This document shows positions 30,228 to 58,764 of a stretch of DNA of 64,000 nt, in pieces. The position numbers and the translations under genes are program-made. Below the pieces are notes generated by a model that did not search any database, had not been told where the DNA came from, and was given only the letters and a program-made list of their open reading frames with translations. The DNA is from the human T2T-CHM13v2.0 reference genome, Homo sapiens. The stretch is from the NCBI RefSeq assembly GCF_009914755.1, contig NC_060928.1. One strand, given 5' to 3'. Each line of letters opens with the position of its first letter. Position 1 is the stretch's first letter.

Positions 30228-30441
30228 ATGTCTTTTCGAGGCGGAGGTCGTGGAGGCTTTAATCGAGGTGGTGGAGGTGGCGGCTTCAACCGAGGCGGCA
30301 GCAGCAACCACTTCCGAGGTGGAGGCGGCGGTGGAGGCGGCGGCAATTTCAGAGGCGGCGGCAGGGGAGGATTTGGACGAGGGGGTGGCCGCGGAGGCTT
30401 TAACAAAGGCCAAGACCAAGGACCTCCAGAACGTGTAGTCT
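30228..30441 (+). CDS. GAR1: GAR1 coding exon 1 (N-terminal GAR/RGG domain)
   Basis: Acceptor TTTTTTTTTCATCAG at 30215, ATG 30228, donor T|GTATGC. Confidence 0.95.
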
Positions 30442-33400
30442 GTATGCAGTCTTCAATATTTAGCTTATTTGAAGGAGTAGGTGTGGGTTGGGGGTTTGTG
30501 TTGTTAGGCAGCAAGTTTGGGATACACAAGCCTGTGTGGAGAATGTAGCATGTAAGGGTGGAGTGGGGAGATCAAGAAAGCTGAGGGATACTTAGAATGC
30601 ATCTTGGAGGTGGAACTTGAGGGTTGACAGGAAGATATTAAATAGGTAATCGTGAGTACTTATGCCTAATTCCCCGATTTTACAGATGAGAAAACTATGA
30701 TTTAGAGTTAAGTTTTTTTGCTGGGGTCATAAGGTTAGTGATAAGTGATCAATTAGTGATATAGCTGAAATACAGGCTGGGTGCGGTGGCTCACGCCTGT
30801 AATCCCAACACTTTGGGAAGCTAAGACGGGAGGATCTTTTGAAGCCGGGAGTTAGAGACCAGCCTGGATAATAAAGCAGGAGACCCTGTCTGTACAGAAA
30901 AGAAAGAAATACAAAGCCAAGTATTCTGACTCCAAAGCCCATGCTTTCTGTTACTACTCAAAAGTAGATAAGTGAGAAAACAATTTGCTTGAGAGGGAAA
31001 CTGCCAGAGAGGAAATCTAGAAAAATACCTATTTAGGGTAGTTTTAGAGTAATTAACAATGAGATGGGAATGGAAGTCACAGAAAGTGAAACTTACTACA
31101 TTAAAGAGGAGAGAGGGTGAGTAGTGTCTAACTAAGAATGGCTTGGATGAGTATGCAGGATGGTTTGAAAGGAGCAGTTTCTAGAATAAAAGGTCCCAGC
31201 CCACAAGCTGTTGTACCAGTCCATACATGAGACCTTGAGAGCCTGAATCAGGATGGTGACAGTGAGGAAAAAAAAGGAAGGGTTAGATAGGAGAGAGATT
31301 TCAAAGGAAACAAAATCGGTAGAACTTAGCTAATGCTGATAATAAAGGGTTCCAGGTTTTGAGCTTGGGTGATAGGAATGAAGACTTGGTTTTGCAGGAA
31401 TGTGGTATTTTAGTTTGGGGTGACAGTCTAGTTAGAAATAAAGGTAGTTATTTTGAGATTCCAGATGTCCTTGAAAACAATGAATCATTGTTAAAGAGGT
31501 GGTAGTGGGAATGGAAAAGTTCTAAGGCAAGAGAAAAAAAAAAAGAATGAAGGCTGATTCTGTTAGGCATTGAAGAAAAGGGAGAACCAAGAGAATGAAG
31601 CAGAGTTTTGAATCAGATAATAAGTTATAATAACATAACTGTTACAGGTTGAATGGTGTCAGTGTGCCAGGCACTGTTCTAAGCACTTGACATTTGTTAT
31701 TCCATTGAGTGCTTACATTACTGTATATTAGGTATAGCTATACATTATATGTTATTAGTGCATACTAAAAATGAGACACTGAATTAGAGAGAGGGTGGGT
31801 AACTTCTCCTAGGTCAAATAGCTAGTGTGTTGTGGAGTTGGTATACCAGCCCAGGAAGTCCTAAGACTGTGGTCTTCTGCCTCAGAGGAGAGCAGTTATG
31901 GTGAAGTCCCAGGTAGCCAAAAAGAAAGCTTCCAGAAGCAGTTGGTCAGTATCGTTTGAAATAGTTCTATGTTTTAACATTTTCTTGTCCTGTTTCAGTA
32001 TTAGGAGAGTTCCTGCATCCCTGTGAAGATGACATAGTTTGTAAATGTACCACAGATGAAAATAAGGTGCCTTATTTCAATGCTCCTGTTTACTTAGAAA
32101 ACAAAGAACAAATTGGAAAAGTGGATGAAATATTTGGACAACTCAGAGATTTTGTATCCTTTTTCATTGGAAGGCCTGATAATATTCAAAGGTTGCTATT
32201 TGCATTTTTCTGAGGAGGCAGTTAAGTATAAATTAAAGTTGTTGCTTCATTAAATTAGACAGGATTGCTACAGATTGGACCATGAAGGAGAATCAAGGGG
32301 AGAATGTATTCATCCATAGATATTAAAATGACAGACCCTAGAACGGTGACTTTTTTTTTGGAAAATTCTATTAATGATGGCCATTTGGATAAGTACTACA
32401 GGATTAAGTTGGCTGATTTGGATGTAGTGGTGCCACTGGAAATGTAGAATTAGAAGTTGTTTGGTGCCCCCACTACTCTGGAAACTCCTTCCTTCCTTTC
32501 TCTCTCTCTCTTTTTCTCTTTCTCTCTTTCTTTCTTTCTCTCTCTTTCTCTCTCTCTTTCTTTCTCTCTCTTGCTCTTTCCCTGCCTTCTTCCCTCCCTC
32601 CCTTCCTCCCTTCCTTCCTTTCTTTTTTCCTTTTTTTTTTTTTTTTTGACAGAGACTCACTCTGTTGCCCAGGGTGGAGTGCAGTGGCACGATCTCATCT
32701 CACTACAACCTCCGCCTCCTGGGTTCGAGCAATTCTCGTGCCTCAGTCTTTCAAGTAGCTGAGATTACAGGTGAGCGCCACCATGCCCGGCTGATTTTTG
32801 TATTTTTGGTGGAGGTGGGGTTTCACCATGTTGGCCAGGATGGTCTCAAACTCCTGGCCTCAAGTGATCCATCCGCCTTGGCCCCCCGAAGTGCTGGGTT
32901 TGCAGGTGTGAGCCACCACGCCCAGCCCCTGGAAATTCATTTCTTATCTTTCCTATATATATCCATACATTCTAACCTTGTTTTTGAAATTATACATGAA
33001 TTCAGAACATTTGATATCATCTTTCATCTTAATTGCTCATTTGTTCCTTAATGAAAATAATAGTATTTTTCAGTTAAGTTGTCAGAAAACATGAAGGCTT
33101 CATCCTTTAAAAAACTACAGAAGGTGAGTCAAACTTATGATACTTGGGATCCTTGGTTTTATAAGGGAACGACCTATCTTAGGAAAGTCCTACTTGGAGC
33201 ACTTGAGACTTTCCCAACATATCACTAGTAAAGCTCTTAAATTGAAATGTTCCATGCTATAAATATTGAACACACTAATCTTTAAAAGTGATTTATTTGA
33301 TACAGCCTTTAGAAAGTAAAAATTACAACTTTTGCTCATATTACCAAAATCTGTAAACTGCTAGAGTAAGAGTTTTTTGTTTATGTAAAACTCTCTTATT

Positions 33401-36400
33401 GAAAAGCTTTCATGACCAAACATTCTAGGTAGAATCTTAATTTGTAAAACTTACGTTATTTGAGAGGCGGTAGGTACTAAGTGATTTCACAAGAACTTCA
33501 ATAACATGATATATGCTATGAAGGAAAAATACAGGTTGCCATGAGAAGCTTTGTAGTGCCACCAGCTTTTTAAGTCTGTAGTGTTTCCTGAAAAAGTGAG
33601 CTTGAAGCTGAGGCCTGATTGTTGACTAACAGTGATTTCCACACCTGGTTGCATGTCAGAGTTATCTTGGGGAGCTTTTAAGAAGATGTATCTCTAGTTT
33701 CCACTTCTGGAAATTTGACCTAGGAGCTCTTAAGTAGCGTCCAGGATTCAATTTTAAAAAGGAAAAGCACTTGGATAATTTTGATGTAGTTAGTCAAACA
33801 CTTGAGAGCTGCTGAGCTAGTCAAAGAGGAAGAGGAAAGTGCATTCCAAGTAGAGAAAACAGTATGTGCAGTCTCTGAGAGCAGGCAACTGAAAGGATAC
33901 AAAAAGGCAGACATATAGGTTAGGAATGAAACATTTAGGAGAGGTGGGGAAAGTTGTGAATTAAGACCAGAGAGGTAGGAGGGGGCTTGATTAACTTAAG
34001 CCTTCAGGTGACAGGAAAGAGTTTAGACCTTAGTTTCAATTGTGTTTTATTTTTGAATAATGGGATAACACAGTTAAATGAATGCTTCAAAAGAATACTG
34101 GGAAGATAAAAAGGCACCTTGGGAAGCGGTCAATATTGTGTGAGAGGGGCCAGATAGGAGGCTATAATAGTAGTTCTAAAAGAGATGGTATTTTGGACTC
34201 GGTAGTGACAGTGGAAATGGAAAAAATGGATTTATGAAAGATACAGGAAGTAGAATCAATAGGACTTGGTAATTGACTAGCTATTGAAATTGAAGAAGTA
34301 AAAAAATCACCATCTTTCAGATGTCTGACATCAACATCTTTGTGGGTGATGGTACCAATTAATGAAATGGGCAACAATGCAGAGGAGGGGGATTGGGGGA
34401 AGATAATGAGTTGGGTTTTGGACATAGTGAGGTTGAGGTACTTGTGAGACAGTCATGGTCAGTTTAAAGGAAGAGTCTAGACTGGAAATAGAATTGGGAA
34501 TTTGTTAAGTATACAGACAGTACATGAAACATTGTAGGAAGAAAGAATGAAAGGAAAAGAGCACCTATGAAGAGTTTTGGGGCACCTCCTAAAACTAAAG
34601 GTCTGGTAGTGGAAACTCAGAAGTAATTGCCAGTTAAAAAAAAAAAGGCAAACCACAAGCCTGTCATAAAAGTGGTATCACAAAAATTGAAAGAGTGTTT
34701 CCAGGAGGGACTGCTCAGCTATGGCAAAAGGCTGCAAAGTGTTCATTGGAAGACAGCCACATAGACATCAGGGAGTCATGGAGCCAGTGCATTGGTGGGC
34801 CCGGGAGCCAGAATGGATTAGGAAATGAGAGGGAGACAATAGCTTGTTGTCAGCATATGGCTACTAGTTGTAGAAACCTTGGCAAGTACTCAGGGGATTG
34901 ACTGCTTCTGGCGTGCCTGGAGCTGTTGAGCCCAGAAAGAAACAATGCTGAAAAGGGATTCTCATCTTGTGACCTGAAAAAAAAATGCTGGTAATAGCCA
35001 CTTAAATTCATCAGAATCCCTTAAATCACTTAAATTTCTCAGAATTTATTTGGGGGCTTATTGTTTAGTTTTTTGGGTTTTTGCTTTTTAATTACAGATA
35101 CTAACTTGAGTACATTCTACCTCTCCCGGTTTCCATACCCCCTGCTATGTTGAGATTCAGCCCTCCTTACCCAGCCTGCGTTATTGTGAAGTTTGTAGAC
35201 CAGTGCTCTCCACTTGAACTTTTTGTAGTGATGGGAATCCCTGCCCAGTAAAGTAGCTCTTAGCCACATGTAGCTATTGAGCACGTGAAGTGTGGCTCAT
35301 GTGACTCAGGAACTGAATTTTTAAACATTAATTAATGTAAATATAAGCCACCTGTGGCTGGTGGCTGCCATATTGAACAATGTAGATCTAGACAATATTT
35401 TTGAGATGATGGGCTGTGAAGGGAAGATGAGTAATAAGGTGATATCTAGAGAGGGATTCAGAGATCTTATTATAAGTCATATATTACAGTTTTGAAATCC
35501 TCGTGTGTTTTATGTAGAAGAACTATGATACAATATGCTCTTTACATCTCATTATTTGAGAAATGTCCTCTTTAACCCCAATTATAGGATGGGTATAGTT
35601 TCTGTATATCCTTCATTACTTTGTGTGTTCAGAAGATACCCTTTTGATCCTTTATTAAAGACTTGAAACAACTAGTATGCGAATGCTTTATTTTGAATTT
35701 TAATGCTGTGTTTTTTAATAGTTTTATTTTTCTTACGGCAGTTCTGTTGAGTGGAAATGTTAAATAATCTATTTCTAAAGAGAAATGATATTGAATTGGT
35801 CTTGATTTTTTAATATGCATGTAATGCTTATTGTGTGCCAAAGTACAAGTGCCTTATATACATCACTTTTTTGATCATCACACAAACATGTGAGATAGAT
35901 ACTCTATTCTCTACATTTTACAGATAAGGAAACTAAGGTAAACTAACACAGGAATAGAAAACCAAACACCACATGTTCTCACTCGTAAGTGAGAGTTGAA
36001 CAGTGAGAACACATGGACACAGGGAGGGAAACATCACATACCTGGGCCTGTCGGGGGATGGGGGGAAGGGGAGGGAGAGCAATAGGGCAAATACCCAATG
36101 CATACGGGGCTTAAAACCTAGATGATGGGTTGATAGGTGCAGCAAACCACCATGGCACATGTGTACCTATGTAACAAACCTGCACGTTCTGCACATGTAT
36201 CCCAGAACTTAAGGTAAAAAAAAAAAAAAAAAAAAAAAGAAACCTAAGTTAGTAAGAAATTAAGTCTCTACCCAGGGATATGTAGTAGAAAGTGGTAGGA
36301 TTGGGGTTTGAACCCAGGCAGTTTTGACTCTATCATGTAGCTTCTTAATGATTATATTATACTGTCCCCCAAGTTGTATACTAATTGCTTCTATTATGTT

Positions 36401-38490
36401 TCCAGTTTTATATAGACCCATATAAGCTGCTGCCACTGCAGAGGTTTTTACCTCGACCTCCAGGTGAGAAAGGACCTCCAAGAGGTGGTGGCAGGGGAGG
36501 CCGAGGAGGAGGAAGAGGAGGAGGTGGCAGAGGTGGTGGCAGAGGCGGTAAGTTACTTGGGGAAAATTTCTAATGAAATTAACTGTGACTTTCACAGCTA
36601 ATTCATACAATACAATTTAGCTTTGTACATAGCAAACCTCCCTTATGGTTCTTTTTATTAAAGCTGCTTTCCAATATTGGCAGATTGTCCATAATAATAA
36701 TGCTTCATTTCAACAACTTACTTAAAAAGAAGAAAATCTACTAAAGTATACTTTTGAGGGACTTCATTTCTTTGGGTTATTCATGTTTTCTTGGACATTT
36801 TAATAAACCGTAAGATTATCTTAATTTTAATTCCTTAGTTAATATTATTGAGTGTAGACTGCATGCTGAAAGCTGGTCATACATTCTTTTAATTTCCATG
36901 TATATATTTTTAATACTCAGCGAAACCTTTTGAGATAGATGATATCCTTATTTTATGAATGAGGAAACGGAGACTTACAGAAATTAATTTGCCCCAATCA
37001 AACAATTGGCAGACCCAAGAATTAAAATGCATATCTTCTGATGTCATGTCAAGAACTATTACTAATAAATTCATTACTGTGATCTCACTGTTGTGATGTA
37101 TGCCTTTCCCCCAAGGTTTTGGGGTATTTTGATGTATGCCTGTTTTGATGTATGCCTTTCCCCTAAGGTTTGGGCACATTCATCATTATGGACAGCTAGG
37201 TGATGAGCAGGGCTCTGGGGAGTGGGGCTGCCATGCCCTGTGAGTAGGAGAAGGGCGAGTGATGGGGTGATGGGCAGAGCCAAAGTGGAAAGGGAGAGGA
37301 GCTGAAAGTTGGGCTTGGACAGCTTTTGTTACTGGATCAGAAAAAGAGAAGGAACGCCTCACTTTTGGCGTTTCTCAATTTAATCACCATTTCACTCCAT
37401 AAAGGTATTTTTTTGTGTCCATATAGGTAGGAAAATTCTCAGGGGTACCTTCTTGAGAATTTGATGAACAGAGATTCCCCTATTCTCATGTTATGTTGAG
37501 TATCATTTAACATTTCAAAAAATTCACAGCTGTCTTATTTTTTTAAAATCTTACTTATGTAGCTCAGTTAATCTTAACTATCATATTTATTATCTTACCC
37601 CCAGAGCAAAAGCACCCATATCTGCCACCCTTTGTTGTTAGGATAAAAAGCCACAGTTCCATCAAACTATCCTTAGTTGAATCAAAAAAGTATTTATCAT
37701 AAGCAAGAGCTAAGGCAATAGTCATACATTTAACAAGACTGAATCATACTTTAACAAGTTTTTCTAATTTATTGAAATGGAATAATCTGGGGTTTTAGCC
37801 TGTTGCCCAGTTGGTAAACTACTACAGTTTCTCCATTTTTATCTTCTAAAATTTTTTCCCTGATAAAATATGTGAATCTATATTTATTCATTATAATTAT
37901 AGTTATTGTATTGATCTTTTTAGGCTTATCAATATAAGAGGTTATACAGTTAATAACTTAATGATTATTATATTCTATTGTTATTTAAATACTTTGCGTT
38001 ATTATTTAATAAATGTTTTTTAGGTGGTTTTAGAGGTGGAAGAGGAGGTGGAGGTGGGGGCTTCAGAGGAGGAAGAGGTGGTGGTTTCAGAGGTGAGTAT
38101 TTTAAAAAGTCTTTAAATTGCTTAATGTTTAAAATTGATATTATCTGGCATTTTCTGTTTTTACTTAAGTTTAATTTTCTCTGCCAGCAAGTATATAGAA
38201 CACCATGGTGTTCTTTGCTTAGCCTAATTTGTGGTTTCATTTTATATCACTTTTTTTTTGCCTTTTCTTTTCAATTTTTTCACCTAATTCTAATTTGTTT
38301 TGCTTTATTATTAATTTGAAAAATAAAAGTGTAATATGAATGACAGTTAAATTTGGTAAAGTATGTTTGCTAAACATTATTGGAACTAATGCTGATTTTA
38401 AACTTGAGATTTAGGTTATAATACTATTAAAAATCCATTTTCTGTGCCCTTAATACTTTAATTTTCTCTTAATCAGGGAGAGGACATTAA
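30228..38490 (+). CDS. GAR1: H/ACA ribonucleoprotein complex subunit 1 (GAR1/NOLA1), 217 aa; join(30228..30441,31999..32153,33064..33123,36406..36547,38024..38092,38477..38490)
   Basis: Exon lengths sum to 654 nt with consistent phases; protein [78 protein letters not shown]; Gar1/Naf1 core between two RGG domains. Confidence 0.98.
30775..30910 (+). mobile_element. FLAM/Alu left monomer within MIR
   Basis: GGCTGGGTGCGGTGGCTCACGCC.. single arm with A tail. Confidence 0.85.
31999..32153 (+). CDS. GAR1: GAR1 coding exon 2
   Basis: CAG acceptor; [16 protein letters not shown]; followed by U12-type donor GTATCCTTT. Confidence 0.95.
32487..32630. repeat. pyrimidine-rich (CT/CTTT/CCTT)n simple repeat from an Alu tail
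   Basis: Direct inspection; source of the low-complexity ORFs 32310-32762. Confidence 0.9.
32631..32928 (-). mobile_element. Alu
   Basis: Antisense Alu; flanking CTGGAAA(C/T)TC duplication. Confidence 0.9.
33064..33123 (+). CDS. GAR1: GAR1 coding exon 3 ([20 protein letters not shown])
   Basis: 60 nt, TAG acceptor, AAG|GTGAGT donor. Confidence 0.93.
33470..34900 (-). mobile_element. L2 remnants with MER5-like insertion
   Basis: Purine-rich L2-like sequence; ORF 34162..34425(-) [10 protein letters not shown] resembles L2 ORF2. Confidence 0.6.
35200..35390. mobile_element. MER3-like hAT MITE
   Basis: AGCCACATGTAGCTATTGAGCAC..AGCCACCTGTGGCTGGTGGCT. Confidence 0.7.
35938..36238 (+). mobile_element. 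short 5'-truncated L1PA 3' end with poly-A, inserted in MIR
   Basis: AAACCAAACACCACATGTTCTCACTC..CCCAGAACTTAA plus A tail; TSD AAGGAAACTAAG / AAGAAACCTAAG. Confidence 0.9.
36406..36547 (+). CDS. GAR1: GAR1 coding exon 4
   Basis: [29 protein letters not shown]..; CAG acceptor, G|GTAAGT donor. Confidence 0.95.
38024..38092 (+). CDS. GAR1: GAR1 coding exon 5 (RGG repeats)
   Basis: 69 nt [22 protein letters not shown]; TAG acceptor, G|GTGAGT donor. Confidence 0.93.
38477..38490 (+). CDS. GAR1: GAR1 last coding exon (GRGH*)
   Basis: CAG acceptor, GG AGA GGA CAT TAA. Confidence 0.9.
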
Positions 38491-38727
38491 GTGAAACAGT
38501 TGACAGACATCACCAGTTGACTTCTGCATTAACCTGCATGATCTGTTTCTACTATGGATTGGAAACTTGTTTCTTGAACAAGTCTTGAAGATCTTGGTCA
38601 TTTTATGACAATGGATCTAAAATGTCAGCATCATGCAAAGTGCAACGGAATAGTGAATTTTGCTCTAAAAGAGCATGAACAAGTCTTTCTAATGTTTTGT
38701 ACAGTGCCTGGCACTCTGTGGGTGCTC

Positions 38728-38779
38728 AATAAATGGATAGGAGTTTTCATTTGAAGGATATTTGAATTTTTAAAATAAA
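38728..38779 (+). terminator. GAR1 polyadenylation signals
   Basis: AATAAA at 38728-38733 and 38774-38779, with T/GT-rich sequence downstream. Confidence 0.7.
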
Positions 38780-39926
38780 GTGTTTTATTCCCTTAAGTTA
38801 TTTAGAGTGTGTTTATTAAATGAAACCCATTTTTTAAAGTAGAAAGGAATAACTAAAGCTTAAACCCAGTGAATTGCAGATCGAAAAAAGGATTTGTTTA
38901 TTTATATTACTGATCTTTTAAAAAATAGACTACTGTAGCAGTACTTTAAGATAATTTACAAGTTGACACTGCCTTTCAAAACCCTGGCCTTTTATGTATG
39001 AGAAGATAGCTTTGTATTTGCCTTTTGTATTTTAATACATAAATCAGTTAAGCTGTTTCTCTAATTGCAATTAATAATTGATTTAAAAATTTTCCATATT
39101 AGTAATGTATTAAAGATGCAGTAGCTCTGTTGAAGTGAAAACTATAGCAAGAAATTTCTAAAGTTAATTTTTCTCATCCAACATAAATGGAATATTAGAA
39201 GTTTTACTGAATGTTATTTTATTTTTACTTTTTTAAAGGGACTCTAAAAGTTTAAGGTGTTATTTACTACACGTAAATATTCGTGTAGTATACTACACGA
39301 ATTCGATTGCATACTACATGTTCAGATTGCTGGGTAAGGATGTTAGAAATGAAATTGGTTTTGGTCACCATTGCTAGTGGATGTAAAGAAATGACTGTGG
39401 TAGCAAGTTAGAATGCCATGATATGGAGCCATTTACCCTGCCATTCATTTTTCACTTCTCAAAAGGAATGATGTTTCTATATCGTTTGTTAAATTTTCTA
39501 ACATGCCCATGGAGGAACGCTCTTGAATGCTCATTTGAGGAGCATACAGTGTTGTCTTTGTCAGTATTTGGGGTTTTATCTTTTTCTGATTGATGGAATT
39601 GCAGCAGGATGAATAAATACATAGGCCATTAATATATATGATGAGCAAATGTGTTGAAAATTACAGTTTTTACAGGAATAGGCAGTTATGCTTTTACAGC
39701 TTAGGACAGGAGATTATTTGATTTGGAATTGTGGTGATGAAATTTTCATGGAGTGTTAGGGCCAGGGCTTTTGCTCGTGGTTTGGAAAAGATGTTAGTAA
39801 GCACCAAAGGGTGATGGCATTGTCCCAAGGACAAATAATAATAGCGCAACATTTCTACAGTTTGTTTTTTTAACATTAAAAATAAATCTAAAATGGCAAT
39901 AATGGAAATAACATATAGATCAGTAG

Positions 39927-40409
<483 letters not shown>

Positions 40410-42086
40410 TAAGCCTTATCCCAATATAGCTTTTCTGTATCACCCATGAAGGAAGCATAAAAAAGAACTTCAAATGCACCTACCTCACTCATATCAAAAC
40501 TTTCATCTGCAGCAGAAAGCTGACTATCTGAAATTATATATTTTTCAGTTCTTAGAAATAATTATTTCTGGAAAATTTTTCATGGATGCTACAACTAGGT
40601 ATAACTTATTACAGAAAAGGAAGGTAGTATGACCCAAAGCAAATTCAAAAATTTTAAGTTTTGTTTTGCATATTGAATGAAAGAAAAGACAAAGACTTTT
40701 TAAAGGGAGTGATTTCCTCTTGGGTATTATGTTTTTTGCTCTAGGGTCATTTGAAAACAATACTGACGAGATTCGCTTTTCTAGTATAGGTATAACAATA
40801 TTACATTTATAAAAATGTGAGTACTGGTAGCTATAAGATTTGGGACAGATAAATCAACCTGTTCATCTTGAGTTTATACACAGGCAAGAGAACTGAAGCA
40901 AAAGGATTATCTTAGGTTTCTGCTGTGCCATTCTAGGATTTTTATAAAATTAAACTAAGTGGGTAAATATAGCCCTCTAGTGGTTCTGTTTTATGCTTAC
41001 ACTGTTAACTTTGGTGCATCTAAGCATTTCTCTAATGTTTACTGATTTTAGGAAACTGAGGAGAATCAGATTTTAATAATGTTAATGGCATAAAGAATAT
41101 GGGAAAAAAGGTAATAGGGATACCTTATTATTCTAACAAAACATGCTCAGGTTGGTTTTCAGGTTGTAATGTGATAATCCAGAATATTTTTATTCTGTAC
41201 TTTACAATATCAGTGATTGAATTCAGATACTCTGGCAAAGTATACAATGATTACTATCATCAGATAATATTAATTACTCATGTGCATATCAAACTATAGG
41301 GGAAATTAACGGATGGTGGAGTTGATCATATTATATCCATGCTATGAAATACATAGCTACTAATAAATTAGACTTTATTAGATTCTGGGTTTATTAACTT
41401 GGATATTATAATACAGCCTTATGGGAAAACAAGTTGCATTATATATATACATTTGTACTTATTTTTTTCCCTCATTTTTATTTACAAGAAGAAAGTGGAG
41501 GAAACCTGAAACACTTGTATGAATATGTGTATAAGCAGAGAAAAGCCTAAGAAAGGATATGCACCAAACAATACTGGTACCTTTAGGAGAGTGAGATTTG
41601 GAAGTAGGAAGGAGACTACTTCTTTGTCACTAATATTTAAATTGTTAAGAAAAAAAAAACAACAAAAGGAGCCGAAATGGAAAGACTTGAATGGTCAACA
41701 GAAAACAGGGACCTTAATCCGAATAGTTTTAGAGGACTAAGGCTGGCTCCTATACTGATTTCCTGAGTTTGTTTATTGTTAAATGGGATGTGTGTGCTTG
41801 ATAATCTCCTTAGATAGAAGACTGATGCCCAAATAGGTTAAAATGTGTGGTGCTTGGTATTTCTTTTTGTTTTGCTAATAAGCTTTTCCCTTATTCTGGG
41901 AATTAAAGTCCTTTCCTCTTTAGCCCAATTAAATTTGTTAAGGGAGGGCCTCTATGAAAAGGCCCTTCTTTGAGGTCTCTAAGTGGAAATGATTGGTCCT
42001 AAAAAATCTTTCCTCAGTAGCTCATAAAGCAGTTCATAATTATCGAAGGCTTATTATGAAGGGTGTTTCGGTATCTTCCCTCCAAA

Positions 42087-58256
<16,170 letters not shown>

Positions 58257-58574
58257 AATAAGAGAAAAGGACACGCTATCAAAACACTTTAGTTTTTTGA
58301 CAATGCTTTTCTTTTAAATATGAGCCCATTTAGATCAAGTGCAGACATGGATCATTGTCCTATGAGAGTGTAAGCTCCTCAAGCACAGCTCGTGCTTCTG
58401 TTTGTGCACTCTGGCTGCTGTAGTGTATGCTTCTCTGTGTCCTGATATATCAACTTATTGCTCATCTCCTTTGATGAATTAGGCATCAGAGGTTAAGGTC
58501 CCCTTTCTTTCTCCCTATTATGGCATGCATTACACTGTACTGATGACCTTTAACTTGCCTGGCTCCTCCATTAG

Positions 58575-58764
58575 AATAAAAGCAGTCACTAATTTAATGT
58601 TAGAATAAATGAATAATTCTAGATAATTACTGAAATGAGTTGTTGGATGTTCCCAGTTAGAATAGAAAGCATTTTTTGAATTTCAACATTTTAACATTTA
58701 AATCAATTAACTTATGTTATTAAACAAAAATAAATGAACATTAAACATGATTGTTTCTAAATAA
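58575..58764 (+). terminator. RRH candidate polyadenylation signals
   Basis: Several AATAAA hexamers, the first at 58575-58580. Confidence 0.55.

Larger units (their letters stand above)
29150..30450. promoter_or_regulatory. GAR1 CpG-island promoter
   Basis: High CpG density; YY1-like GCCATTTTG 29347-29355, ETS CACTTCCGG 29542-29550, ETS-CRE TACGTCACTTCC 29581-29592, inverted CCAAT 29713-29718, CGGAAGT 29807-29813, E-box CACGTG 29856-29861. Confidence 0.8.
32154..33063 (+). other. GAR1: U12-type (minor spliceosome) GT-AG intron of GAR1
   Basis: 5'ss GTATCCTTT; branch site TTCCTTAAT 33044-33052 about 11 nt before TAG; no polypyrimidine tract. Confidence 0.9.

Noticed and set aside
30168-30529. 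Antisense poly-Pro and Ala/Ser-rich ORFs and the alternative-frame ORF 30250..30438
   Set aside because: They are by-products of the GGN-rich GAR1 RGG codons; no independent promoter or splice evidence
32310-32762. Lys/Arg/Glu-rich and Ser/Leu/Phe-rich ORFs
   Set aside because: Translation of a CT-rich simple repeat and Alu tail
39465-39590. Possible C/D-box snoRNA (ATGATG ... CTGA) downstream of GAR1
   Set aside because: Not intronic, imperfect C box, no convincing terminal stem or recognisable rRNA complementarity
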